A stretch of DNA of 64,000 bases from a virus. The notes beneath the pieces were generated by a model, which searched no databases, was not told the DNA's origin, and worked only from the letters and a program-made list of their open reading frames with translations. A program made the position numbers and the translations under genes. The stretch is taken from positions 32,001 to 96,000 of the IMG/VR virus record IMGVR_UViG_3300046169_000120, one strand, 5' to 3'. This document shows, piece after piece, positions 30,371-39,911 of the stretch (positions are counted from its first letter, which is position 1; every line of letters begins with the position of its first letter).

Positions 30371-30594
30371 TTTTTAATTAATTTCGACGAGAGGGTCAAA
30401 AGCATAACCGATCCTATTATAATTGAGAACCATAATAAGGGCCCATAAACATCAAGCTTTTGCAATTCATCACTAATATATGATACATTATTTTCTTGCA
30501 GAGGAGAAGCTTTTTCCGCTATTTCTTGCGGTTTCTGTATGATTTTTTTTACGCAACCACTAAATAATAAAAAAAATAAATATATATACTTCAT
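30367..30594 (-). CDS. Lipoprotein with C-terminal TM helix (unimolecular spanin-like)
   Basis: Lipobox LFSGC at Cys14 and helix LLWFSIIIGSVMLLTL. Confidence 0.5.
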   Translation of the reverse strand: MKYIYLFFLLFSGCVKKIIQKPQEIAEKASPLQENNVSYISDELQKLDVYGPLLWFSIIIGSVMLLTLSSKLIKK

Positions 30595-31025
30595 CTGCGT
30601 TTACTTGGTATCGCATAAAATCCAACAACCATAAAACACAAATCCATAAAACTTGCCAACATTAACCCTCCAGTCATTTTGATCATCTCCCAATCTTTAC
30701 CTCCAAACAACCAACTAGCAAAACCCAATCGACCACCATCTCCTTTGGGCACGATAAGGCTGTATTCTATTTGTGGATTCATTGCATAATAGATCATCAA
30801 AAAACACATAGTGAAAGTGATGCTCATAAATAATATTCTACGTGTCACTTTAACAAAAGGATCACTGCTATTTTTTTCTTGACTGTCGATCAATGCTTTT
30901 AACATTGTTTCGTCTCTTGCCGCGAGCGCCAATTGATCTTGACGTTTTTGCTCAAGCCATGCATTCAATAAATTACAACCGAGCTTTATTCCGGCACCTA
31001 TGATAGTGTTTAATATTGGTCCCAT
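30591..31025 (-). CDS. Holin-like membrane protein
   Basis: Amphipathic N-terminus, two TM helices, basic C-terminus GFYAIPSKRR. Confidence 0.55.
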   Translation of the reverse strand: MGPILNTIIGAGIKLGCNLLNAWLEQKRQDQLALAARDETMLKALIDSQEKNSSDPFVKVTRRILFMSITFTMCFLMIYYAMNPQIEYSLIVPKGDGGRLGFASWLFGGKDWEMIKMTGGLMLASFMDLCFMVVGFYAIPSKRR

Positions 31026-31061
31026 GATATTTTATACACTTTGTTTAGTGTAATATATAAT

Positions 31062-31673
31062 ATGAATAAATATGCTTACTATAAATTGCTGCTGGTTTTA
31101 GGAATATTCACTGTTAGTGTTTGGATATTAACATCTTGCCTAAAAACAGATCTAAGTCAAATCAAAAATATACCCACTCAAAAGGAATATAAATCGAAAA
31201 TAATATATCATAAAGATTTAGGATATTATTTTAATCGACAAAAAAGTTTTAATAGTGTTCAAACACAAGTTCCAACAGACATTCAAATGTTGATGCTTGA
31301 CTCAAAATATCAACCATTAGATTACTTTTTTTGGAGAAAATTTAATAGTTGGTTTAAAGACTTAAAGTTTCAAAATGGAATCATGGCGGGCGTAGACAAT
31401 AGCGAAGCTTGGGATTGCGATAACTTTGCTATGCTTTACAAATCACTTGCCAGTATATCCGCCTACAAAGGTAATGGAAATGTAGACAGCGCAGTCGGAC
31501 TTGTGACTGTTTTACAAATCAATGAATTTGGAGGTGTTCCTGCTGGAGGTCTGCACATGTTAAACATTGTATTCACTTCAAAAAATTGGTATATATTTGA
31601 ACCGCAAACAGGAGAATTCATAGAATTGCACAAATATCCAAATCAAAAGTACATACAATACATTATAATGTAA
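31062..31673 (+). CDS. Papain/transglutaminase-fold cysteine hydrolase, probable lipoprotein
   Basis: WDCDNFA, H-M-L-N, FEPQT; signal peptide with LTSC. Confidence 0.65.
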   Translation: MNKYAYYKLLLVLGIFTVSVWILTSCLKTDLSQIKNIPTQKEYKSKIIYHKDLGYYFNRQKSFNSVQTQVPTDIQMLMLDSKYQPLDYFFWRKFNSWFKDLKFQNGIMAGVDNSEAWDCDNFAMLYKSLASISAYKGNGNVDSAVGLVTVLQINEFGGVPAGGLHMLNIVFTSKNWYIFEPQTGEFIELHKYPNQKYIQYIIM

Positions 31674-31703
31674 AAAATGTAAAGAATGTGTAATATACAT
31701 CAT

Positions 31704-31895
31704 ATGTCACAACGAAACATCCTAGAAACACTTAGTAAAAATCTAAACTCTTATCAGTCAACATGTTGGCTAAAAACAGAAAACGCAAAATTAAATGGCG
31801 CGACTCCTGCAGAATTGATGATGGAAAATAAACTTGACAAAGTGTCAAAAATATTGCCCGACGAAATTAAAAGAATAAAAAGTAAAAAAAACTAA
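31704..31895 (+). CDS. Xre/MbcA/ParS antitoxin C-terminal domain protein
   Basis: WL.TEN..LNG.TP.EL......V..IL signature; ATG 31704. Confidence 0.7.
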   Translation: MSQRNILETLSKNLNSYQSTCWLKTENAKLNGATPAELMMENKLDKVSKILPDEIKRIKSKKN

Positions 31896-31909
31896 TTTTT
31901 TCTTACAGG

Positions 31910-32575
31910 TTACGGTCTGAGTGCTCCCTGGATAGTCGCAGTGAATTTCATTTGATTCGCAGCTAAAAATGAGCCTACAGAAGTAGGGTTGTCGCTGCTA
32001 CTTGATATCATAATTTTTACTTTATTGGACACGCTAGTGTCTAAACTTATAGAATATGTTGTGCGAAGATCTATATCTGGACTAGTTATTCCTGATGGCG
32101 AAGTTGGACTCTTATAAATATAAGTAAAATTAGCAATATTAAATTCTTGGGAGACTCCACCTATCTGAAAATCATTGATTTGATCTGATCCTCCGCTTTT
32201 TGTATATTTATATGAAAATTGAGATCCTACTGTTGGAGCAGCAATAGTCCATTGATTTGGTTGAGTAGCATGCATTGATCCGTGAGAAACAATTTCTGCA
32301 GTTACATCCAAAGAAAAAGAAGATCCTGATGAAATCAGATTATTCTCATTAAATTCTATCAATCCAACGTGCGAAAGTGATGAACTGGTACTAGCGAAAA
32401 CGGTCGCGTTTTTGGAATCAACGTATGGTTGTGTTTCTTGAAGCGCTGTGAATAAATCACCTGCGATCATACGAAATGTTCCTCCTCCAGGTGTTTGTAT
32501 AATAACAAAGTCACTACTGGGCTGAAAGCTTGATTGTGAGAGTAACGGTAAATCTTCTATTCTTTTGTCGGCCAT
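31910..32575 (-). CDS. Hypothetical virion/fibre protein
   Basis: MADKRIEDLP N-terminus like 462 and 33166; beta-rich body. Confidence 0.55.
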   Translation of the reverse strand: MADKRIEDLPLLSQSSFQPSSDFVIIQTPGGGTFRMIAGDLFTALQETQPYVDSKNATVFASTSSSLSHVGLIEFNENNLISSGSSFSLDVTAEIVSHGSMHATQPNQWTIAAPTVGSQFSYKYTKSGGSDQINDFQIGGVSQEFNIANFTYIYKSPTSPSGITSPDIDLRTTYSISLDTSVSNKVKIMISSSSDNPTSVGSFLAANQMKFTATIQGALRP

Positions 32576-32635
32576 ATCATATGGTACACAATTTTATTTT
32601 TTTATAAATTATATTTTTTTGTGTATTATATATTC

Positions 32636-32827
32636 ATGAATGACGCGCTAGGAAAAATAAGTATTTTATTGTTGCTTTTTTACATGGGATGGTTTATACT
32701 AGATCAAAATAAATTAATACAAAATCAACGCGAAACAATTCAATCCATGAAGACTCAACTGTTTCTAGATGAAATAATATTAAAAGAATATCAAAAAAAA
32801 TTTAAAACACAGAGCAAATACTTATAA
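32636..32827 (+). CDS. Small membrane protein with coiled coil
   Basis: N-terminal TM helix; ATG 10 nt after GTGTA. Confidence 0.5.
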   Translation: MNDALGKISILLLLFYMGWFILDQNKLIQNQRETIQSMKTQLFLDEIILKEYQKKFKTQSKYL

Positions 32828-32833
32828 TACAAC

Positions 32834-33151
32834 ATGACAGATCAAAACAATCAAACAAACGAAGATAATACAAACAATTTATCAATCGAACGTAAAAATG
32901 CTGCTATTGTATTAGCAAATGAATTTATGGGACAAGCTACTCTTGGAGAAGCTCTTTCTCAAGTATCCTTGAACGCACTCATTCAACTCGCTCAAAACAA
33001 AGCTGTTGAGCAAGGACAACAACAAGTTCAAGAAATGACTGATGAACAAGTCGATCAATTGCTTGAAGTTGTGGCCCAAAAACAACAACAAACAGAAGCT
33101 GCCGCACAACAAGCAGTAAGTGACGTTTCAAAACAAACAGCAACCTCTTAA
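32834..33151 (+). CDS. Hypothetical Gln-rich protein
   Basis: 105-aa ORF in the operon. Confidence 0.6.
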   Translation: MTDQNNQTNEDNTNNLSIERKNAAIVLANEFMGQATLGEALSQVSLNALIQLAQNKAVEQGQQQVQEMTDEQVDQLLEVVAQKQQQTEAAAQQAVSDVSKQTATS

Positions 33152-33165
33152 AAACTTAAAATAAA

Positions 33166-34155
33166 ATGGCTGATAAAAAAATTACCGATCTAGTAGAGCT
33201 TAATGCAAGCGCTGCAAATGATGATTTATTGGCCATTGTTGATGCTAGTGATACTACAGGTTCTAGCGATGGAACATCTAAACAAATTACTGCTGCAAAT
33301 TTATTGTCTGGTGCGCCCGACAATTCAACCCCTGTTACACTCGCCACTGTCGCAAGCAATTACTTGTCGTTGAGTGGACAACAACTTACGGCAGGTACAG
33401 TTCCAGTTTCATTGGGAGGTACAGGAGCAACAACTGCTGCCGCTGCTCGTACAAGTTTAGGTGTTGATGCATCAGGAACCGACAATTCAACCGATGTTAC
33501 GCTAGCCACTGTCGCAAGCAATTACTTGTCGTTGAGTGGACAACAACTTACGGCAGGTACAGTTCCAGTTTCATTGGGAGGTACAGGAGCAACAACTGCT
33601 GCTGCTGCTCGTACAAGTTTAGGACTTGGAACAGCTGCAACTCAAACCGTAGGAACTTCGGCAAATAATGTTGTACAATTAGATGGATCCGCAAAATTAC
33701 CTGCTGTTGATGGATCTGCATTAACCAACTTGCCAAGTCCTGATGTAAACGGACTCCTCACCACCGCCCTACGAGGCACGGACAACCCGCACATCGGAGC
33801 GAATCCTAATCAGAGTTTCAAGGTTGTCGATAATCCGAGCAAGTCAGTCATGATCATAGCAGATGCGGACGGCAACTTGGACTTTTTGGTAAAGAGTGAC
33901 TCAGCTAGTATCTACCTAAACACTCCGTCTGCTAGAAAGGCGGCTTCGTTTGGATTTAGTGTAGTCGAAGATTCGACCGAGCCTGACATTGAGGTGGTGG
34001 GTACTCTAGCTGGTGCATCTGAAAACTACTCTGTTATCTCAGGAGACTCTGACTCTAAAGGAGCAAACGGCTTACCAATTCGCCAAGGCTTTCAAAACCC
34101 CGACATAGGGGCAAATCCGGCACCGATCTTAATCTCAGGCGGTACAATCGCTTAA
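33166..34155 (+). CDS. Tail fibre-like protein
   Basis: MADKKITDL start, the same 54-aa repeats as 462-1976, VVQLDGSAKLPAVDGSALT fibre motif. Confidence 0.75.
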   Translation: MADKKITDLVELNASAANDDLLAIVDASDTTGSSDGTSKQITAANLLSGAPDNSTPVTLATVASNYLSLSGQQLTAGTVPVSLGGTGATTAAAARTSLGVDASGTDNSTDVTLATVASNYLSLSGQQLTAGTVPVSLGGTGATTAAAARTSLGLGTAATQTVGTSANNVVQLDGSAKLPAVDGSALTNLPSPDVNGLLTTALRGTDNPHIGANPNQSFKVVDNPSKSVMIIADADGNLDFLVKSDSASIYLNTPSARKAASFGFSVVEDSTEPDIEVVGTLAGASENYSVISGDSDSKGANGLPIRQGFQNPDIGANPAPILISGGTIA

Positions 34156-34183
34156 CAACATTCTAACTTAGAACACACATATT

Positions 34184-35005
34184 ATGGCAACAGTATACAT
34201 ATTCAACGGCACACAAAGCGGAACCGCAGATGGTTCTTATTCAGATCCTTATGATTTATCGAACATAACAACCGCAGAATCAGACGCAGGTAGTGGTGGA
34301 ATTGTTATTTTTAAAGATGGTGCGTATACAGGAACAAGTTTAACTTTTGCTGATGGTTCTTTAAATTACCCGCTTACTTATAAAGCAGAAAATGCAAATG
34401 ATGTTACCATTACTATGTCTACGAAGTTTACTTTTGGTAATACATCGTTAGCTAGTAACTTAACTTACCAAGATTTAAAATTTGTAAACTCAGCCACCAG
34501 CATTGGGGATCGAGTTGTGTTCAGGCAGTTATCTACGGATACATCGATTAGGCATTTTGCCGATCGTTGCACTTATGAGTCTTTTGTATTTGGAACTTAT
34601 TTTGCCCCAGCAAGCGATCAAGAAAGATTGAGGTTAACCAACTGCGTTTATAAACACACAGGTTCATCACATTGGATGGGTCACCTTAGTGATGCAACCG
34701 CACAAGACCTTGAATTAATTGGATGCACTATTTACTCAAGCGGTACAGGTACATCTATTTTTAATCGGTATAATGTTACATTAAAAAATACTATTATTTT
34801 CGATCCAAATAATACAATAACAACTTGGCAATCCAACGGGTCTACTACGATAACAGGGGCTTGCGATTTAGTTAGGGCGGATGGAACTGATTTAAAAGCA
34901 GATGCGAACAACATCGCTCAAGACCCTCAATTCGTAGACGCCGCAAACGGCGATGTACGCCTCCGCCCATCCTCTCCTTGTATCGGTGCTGGAACCGCAA
35001 GCTAA
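34184..35005 (+). CDS. Beta-helix (pectin-lyase-like) virion protein
   Basis: ADGS..DPY, FKDGAY, C-terminal DPQFVD...GD.RL...SPCIGAG. Confidence 0.65.
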   Translation: MATVYIFNGTQSGTADGSYSDPYDLSNITTAESDAGSGGIVIFKDGAYTGTSLTFADGSLNYPLTYKAENANDVTITMSTKFTFGNTSLASNLTYQDLKFVNSATSIGDRVVFRQLSTDTSIRHFADRCTYESFVFGTYFAPASDQERLRLTNCVYKHTGSSHWMGHLSDATAQDLELIGCTIYSSGTGTSIFNRYNVTLKNTIIFDPNNTITTWQSNGSTTITGACDLVRADGTDLKADANNIAQDPQFVDAANGDVRLRPSSPCIGAGTAS

Positions 35006-35011
35006 GTAGTC

Positions 35012-35923
35012 ATGCCATTAAATAAACTGCACAAGAAGGACTTTACCATTGCGGTGAAGACGGGTACTGACGCAAATAGATCAAAGTTTTCAAAAGAATG
35101 TGTTCAAGGTGAATTGTACTTTGCTACTGATACAAAAAAAATCTATGTGGCAGAAACAACTGCTGGTGAATTTGATGCAACAATATCTGAGTTTACGTCT
35201 AGCGCAAGTGGAATAGGAGGTAGTTTCTCAAACCGTTATGCTTTACAATTGAATGGTTCCAATCAATATCTACACAGCTCAAGCACAACCCAGTCGTATT
35301 CAGTTGGTACAATTTCACTTTGGTTCAAGCTAGACTCAACTATTACCGCAACGTCATCAGTGCAGTCATTGATTGGTTTTGGGGGATCATACACGGGTTT
35401 AGTTTTAGGCGCTGATACAGGCTTAGTTAGCAACGAGATACTTATGTTCCGTACCTCTACAGCTAATTATGCTTATACGGATGCCGCTGGCTCAATAGAT
35501 ACAACTTGGCATCATGTTGCGGTTACTTGGGATGGAGCAGCCTCTGAATACAAGATTTACCTAGACGGAACTCAGGTAATGAACACTAAAACAGGCACTC
35601 ATTCGCAAGCAACTATAGATGATGTAATCATAGGTTTTAGGGATGCAAATGGAGGATACTTTGACGGAATTATTGATGAAGTAGCTATTTTTAGTCAATC
35701 AATGACTGCAATAGAGGTCGCTAATCTACAAACCAACGGAAAACCAAATGCATTAAACCTTCTTACACCTCAACCGCTAAGCTGGTGGAGGATGCTTGAC
35801 AGTGAAGGTGGATCAGGCTCTTCAGTAGCTGATGATGGAACACTTACAAACGATATGGATCTTATAAATTCTCCTACTCCTCACGATTTAAGTATTGGGC
35901 CCGACTCTATTTATAAGGCATGA
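35012..35923 (+). CDS. LamG-domain virion protein
   Basis: GELYFATDT N-terminal motif; WHHVAVTWD..KIYLDG, FDGIIDEVAIF, WWRM. Confidence 0.8.
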   Translation: MPLNKLHKKDFTIAVKTGTDANRSKFSKECVQGELYFATDTKKIYVAETTAGEFDATISEFTSSASGIGGSFSNRYALQLNGSNQYLHSSSTTQSYSVGTISLWFKLDSTITATSSVQSLIGFGGSYTGLVLGADTGLVSNEILMFRTSTANYAYTDAAGSIDTTWHHVAVTWDGAASEYKIYLDGTQVMNTKTGTHSQATIDDVIIGFRDANGGYFDGIIDEVAIFSQSMTAIEVANLQTNGKPNALNLLTPQPLSWWRMLDSEGGSGSSVADDGTLTNDMDLINSPTPHDLSIGPDSIYKA

Positions 35924-36150
35924 ACAAATTTGTAATTATAGAAACCTCAAAAGTATCTACTGTAGACTTCAACCAAGTTTTAGAAGATTCAGCAGACACG
36001 CTTCGATACTCATTCGATGGCACTAAAACATTTGTAAATTATAAAGGCGACCAACCCTCTTTCTTGGAAGGAAAATTAGAACATACTAATGCTGAAATAC
36101 TTGAGATCCTAAAGGGTGACGAGTGGGCATTTTCTGCAGCGAGTGATTAA
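35920..36150 (+). CDS. Small LamG-partner protein (copy 4)
   Basis: Paralog of 1978, 3818 and 4873; ATGA overlap. Confidence 0.8.
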   Translation: MNKFVIIETSKVSTVDFNQVLEDSADTLRYSFDGTKTFVNYKGDQPSFLEGKLEHTNAEILEILKGDEWAFSAASD

Positions 36151-36153
36151 CAC

Positions 36154-36474
36154 TCAATCAAAACCTCTAACAAAATCAAGCAGTCTAATAATCTCATTTA
36201 AATTATTACAATCTATACGATCTGTAATGATGTTGCACCCTTCTCTGGTTCCAATACTATATCCATCTTCTTTTTCATCTTCGCGAATCAGATCGCTAAT
36301 AAAATCGTGCGCTCCGTGAGACTTTAACCAATTCCAGTAGATTGCACGTGTTCCAAGAGGACAAACAAGCAAAATATCATCAAATATATAAGTTTTTGCA
36401 TACAATGTAATATCGCGAAAACAAGAGATTTCACTGGGTGGTTCTGTTAGGCAAGATTGTATTTTTAATTGCAT
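36154..36474 (-). CDS. Hypothetical protein
   Basis: 106-aa ORF filling the gap. Confidence 0.55.
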   Translation of the reverse strand: MQLKIQSCLTEPPSEISCFRDITLYAKTYIFDDILLVCPLGTRAIYWNWLKSHGAHDFISDLIREDEKEDGYSIGTREGCNIITDRIDCNNLNEIIRLLDFVRGFD

Positions 36475-36503
36475 TTATATTTTATATATATCTGTATTAT
36501 TTA

Positions 36504-37736
36504 TTAAGAATTTTGTTTTATTGGGAAAATAAATTTCGCGGTTTGTCCTGACATGATCGTATCAAGACGAGAAGTTGCTCCATGTTCATTAACTTGTGTC
36601 CACCTAGGAATTGTATAGTTCATATCATTCCAAACCAACCCCTGCTCAAAAACATTGTCAGGTTTTTCAAAATTATCGAATATTAATTTATGACTTTCAA
36701 TTGATCCAGTACTGCGATAGACGCCATGACTTCTGGCAATTATCGCTGAAGGGTCTTGAGGTATCCAGGGGCCATTTGTTTTATTTGGAGTAGTATTTAA
36801 AGAATTCATTTCGTCCATACAAAATCTGCCATAACTATAATGGTCTGCGTTATGCCAAATTTCTTTAAATATAGAAATATCGTGGGCTGAATTTAATTGA
36901 GAATGTTGCCACAATCCAGTCCCAGCCCCGTTCCAAGTGCTCGGAGAAAGGTAAGATAAATCACCCGTTCCAGGAGATACTTGCCCATCAGGCGTATTTT
37001 TAAACATATCATAAACCATATTCAAAACCGTCTGATCTAGTGTTGCGTGTGGAACCGGGCTGGATCCATCAAGAGCTCGACTTAAATAATCATTTTGATG
37101 AATATAAGCAGAAACTGCAATGTGTCCAACATAATTTAGGTTACCAGATACAAGTTGATTCTTAAATGTTTCATCCATATATGTATATATGCTACGCTGG
37201 GTATAATTTACCTGACTGGGCCAGGATACTGGAGACGCCTCTCGCAGATTTGGAAATTGACCGGTAGATGCCATTTTTTTGTCTCCTCCGTCTTTATCAA
37301 GAAATACAAGTAAAACACAAACTTTTGTTTGATAATCATCTTGGTAATCCCCCGGAAATGCGCTTTGATTATAAGGCTGATAGCATTGAGAAGCATGCAC
37401 AAAACCAACAACGCATTTATTCTCTTCAATAGACCATTCTCCAGACATATGATCAAATGGATTACAAGAAAAATTACCAAAAACACTCGATGCTTTTTTT
37501 CCTAGCCGCCGATATATTACTTGTCCATTTTTTGTTGATCTTTTAAACATTTTATTTGCAAAATCTACAGTCTCTAAAGAATTATTGGTAATTATATTTT
37601 TTATACCTTCAAAATTTGGGGTGCTTGTGGATGTGCTATAAATAAATTGACTGCCTCTTTCTTGTTTTGTATAGAACTTTTTTTTATACTCGTAATTATC
37701 ACCTTCATGATTATTAAAATAGTTTTTTATATTCAT
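36504..37736 (-). CDS. Hypothetical protein
   Basis: 410-aa ORF, no recognised motif. Confidence 0.65.
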   Translation of the reverse strand: MNIKNYFNNHEGDNYEYKKKFYTKQERGSQFIYSTSTSTPNFEGIKNIITNNSLETVDFANKMFKRSTKNGQVIYRRLGKKASSVFGNFSCNPFDHMSGEWSIEENKCVVGFVHASQCYQPYNQSAFPGDYQDDYQTKVCVLLVFLDKDGGDKKMASTGQFPNLREASPVSWPSQVNYTQRSIYTYMDETFKNQLVSGNLNYVGHIAVSAYIHQNDYLSRALDGSSPVPHATLDQTVLNMVYDMFKNTPDGQVSPGTGDLSYLSPSTWNGAGTGLWQHSQLNSAHDISIFKEIWHNADHYSYGRFCMDEMNSLNTTPNKTNGPWIPQDPSAIIARSHGVYRSTGSIESHKLIFDNFEKPDNVFEQGLVWNDMNYTIPRWTQVNEHGATSRLDTIMSGQTAKFIFPIKQNS

Positions 37737-37797
37737 AATTTATTCAGCAAAAATGGAAAATTAAAGCTAATCAATTCCAGGGCAATCTGTACGTTTC

Positions 37798-38901
37798 TCA
37801 ATTGACGTTGGTTGAGTTTTTTGAACTTGTTTGATAATTACCTAAGAAAGTTGCATTGTCGGCTATCGTTCCCGAAGGTGACGCTGCGGATGTAAAATAC
37901 CAAGTATTGTTTGAACTCTTGAAGATCGCTGCTCGAAACGGAGAAGTAACACAAAAGTTACCATGAATGCTTGAAATACTCAAATTTTCTGCAGTGGTAC
38001 GAGTATCACCTATGAAAGTTGCATTGTCGGCTATCGTTCCAGTAGTTGACGCTGAGGATGTAAAATACCAAGTATTGTTGGAACTTTTGAATACCGCTGC
38101 TCGCATAGTCGAAGCAACACAAAAGTCGCCATTAGAAGCTGACAGTATACTCAACTCATCTGATAAATAAAGATTACCAATGAAAGTTGCCTGGTCGACC
38201 ATCACTCCCGAACTTGTCCTTGCGGATGTAAAATACCAAGTATTGGTAGAACTTTTGAATACCGCTGCTCGATACCTAGAAGCAACACAAAAGTCGCCAC
38301 TAACGTTTGTTGCAATATTCGAGTTGTTTGCACTTGTGTGCGAATTACCCAAGAAAGTCGCCTGATCGGCTATCGTTCCAGTAGTTGACGCTGAGGATGT
38401 AAAATACCAAGTATTGTTGGAACTTTTGAATACCGCTGCTCGCATAGTCGAAGTAACACAAAAGTCTCCATTAGAACTCAGCATGCTCAACTCATCTGAT
38501 AAATAAAGATTACCAATGAAAGTTGCCTGGTCGACCATCACTCCCGAACTTGTCCTTGCGGATGTAAAATACCAAGTATTGCTGGAATTTTTGAATACCG
38601 CTGCTCGATACCTAGAAGCAACACCAAAGTTGCCATCAGTATTTCCAGTACTGCCACTACTACCACTACCACCAGAAGTGTTTGATGTGTTACTAGCTTG
38701 AACCCACGCATTTGTTGGAGATCCTAGATAAATATAAATTTCAGCAAGAGTTGTGTCAAACCATAAATCTCCCTCGCCTGGATTGCTTGGTGGAAACTGC
38801 GAAACATCAACGGTTGCTCCGCTCAAAATTAGTTCATTTATTTTGTTTCGGATTTCATTAACGCCGACTTGTTGTTGGTCGCCTGGAAGTTGGTTTACCA
38901 T
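37798..38901 (-). CDS. Virion-type protein with five ~56-aa tandem repeats
   Basis: GDLWFDT...YIY....W N-terminal motif, Gly/Ser linker, five G.FCV.S..RAA.FK.S.NTWYFTS.......D.ATF.G repeats. Confidence 0.75.
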   Translation of the reverse strand: MVNQLPGDQQQVGVNEIRNKINELILSGATVDVSQFPPSNPGEGDLWFDTTLAEIYIYLGSPTNAWVQASNTSNTSGGSGSSGSTGNTDGNFGVASRYRAAVFKNSSNTWYFTSARTSSGVMVDQATFIGNLYLSDELSMLSSNGDFCVTSTMRAAVFKSSNNTWYFTSSASTTGTIADQATFLGNSHTSANNSNIATNVSGDFCVASRYRAAVFKSSTNTWYFTSARTSSGVMVDQATFIGNLYLSDELSILSASNGDFCVASTMRAAVFKSSNNTWYFTSSASTTGTIADNATFIGDTRTTAENLSISSIHGNFCVTSPFRAAIFKSSNNTWYFTSAASPSGTIADNATFLGNYQTSSKNSTNVN

Positions 38902-38916
38902 AATGTTTATTACACT

Positions 38917-39648
38917 TTATTTTTTCTTGCTTATTTTTTCAATTACAAATTTTAATATTTTGCTTCTTAGTATGTCTTCTGCTCCAAAATGAAATGTATG
39001 TATGCCGCGAGCTTGACTTTCTTGGTCATTGAAGATAGAATACATGTCAGCAAATCCACTTTTGCCGTTGATGTCGCTTTGCATCGGATCGCCACAGATG
39101 ATCAACTTGCTGCCCTCGCCCAAACGAGTCATCAGGGTTGTCAATTCTTTGAAGGTAAAGTTTTGACTTTCATCCGCGATTACGATTTCATCACGCCAAC
39201 TTGCACCGCGAAGATAGTTGATCGGCATGCCTTTTACTATTTCTTTTTCTTTTATTGTGCTGGCTTGACCAGGAATCAATAGCTCGTCCAGCTTTTCATT
39301 CATTGGCATCATGTAAGGATTGATTTTTTCAGCCATTTCTCCAGGAAGCGCGCCGAGGCTCTTCTCGCCGCTCTCTGCGATTGTGCGTACATATGTGATG
39401 CCGCGCTCATTGTTCATGTTGTAAAGCTGTAGAGCGCCGTATATGGCCACGTACGTCTTGCTTGTGCCCGCGGGGCCACTGATGAATATTATTTTACTAT
39501 CATTATCAAATATGATTTGTAATAATTGTTTTTGTTTTTCAGTGAGTGCAATTTTTTTAAGCTTGATGTTGGTTTTGGTTAATGATTTACGAATTTTTTC
39601 AATTTCCGCTTCATTCACGATTTCTGGTTTTTTCTTGCGTCGAGGCAT
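38917..39648 (-). CDS. phoH: PhoH-family ATPase
   Basis: GPAGTSKT, LGALPG...EK..PY, YLRG, IADESQN, TRLG..SK....GD..QSD, RS. Confidence 0.93.
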   Translation of the reverse strand: MPRRKKKPEIVNEAEIEKIRKSLTKTNIKLKKIALTEKQKQLLQIIFDNDSKIIFISGPAGTSKTYVAIYGALQLYNMNNERGITYVRTIAESGEKSLGALPGEMAEKINPYMMPMNEKLDELLIPGQASTIKEKEIVKGMPINYLRGASWRDEIVIADESQNFTFKELTTLMTRLGEGSKLIICGDPMQSDINGKSGFADMYSIFNDQESQARGIHTFHFGAEDILRSKILKFVIEKISKKK

Positions 39649-39659
39649 GATATATATTA

Positions 39660-39911
39660 TTGTAATATATTGTACACTTTTTTTAAGTTTTTTTTGAGGC
39701 GGTTTAAGAGTTAAATAATTATAAATAGGTTATTTTAGAAAGGGCCGCCGATTTTTTTTTGGATCGAGCATATGTAGTAAATTATTTGTAATATATTGTA
39801 CACTTTTTTTAAGTTTTTTTTGAGGCGGTTTAAGAGTTAAATAATTATAAATAGGTTATTTTAGAAAGGGCCGCCGATTTTTTTTTGGATCGAGCATATG
39901 TAGTAAATTAT
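39660..39911. repeat. Exact 126-bp tandem duplication (39660-39785 = 39786-39911)
   Basis: Base-by-base identity; flanking bases differ on both sides. Confidence 0.93.
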
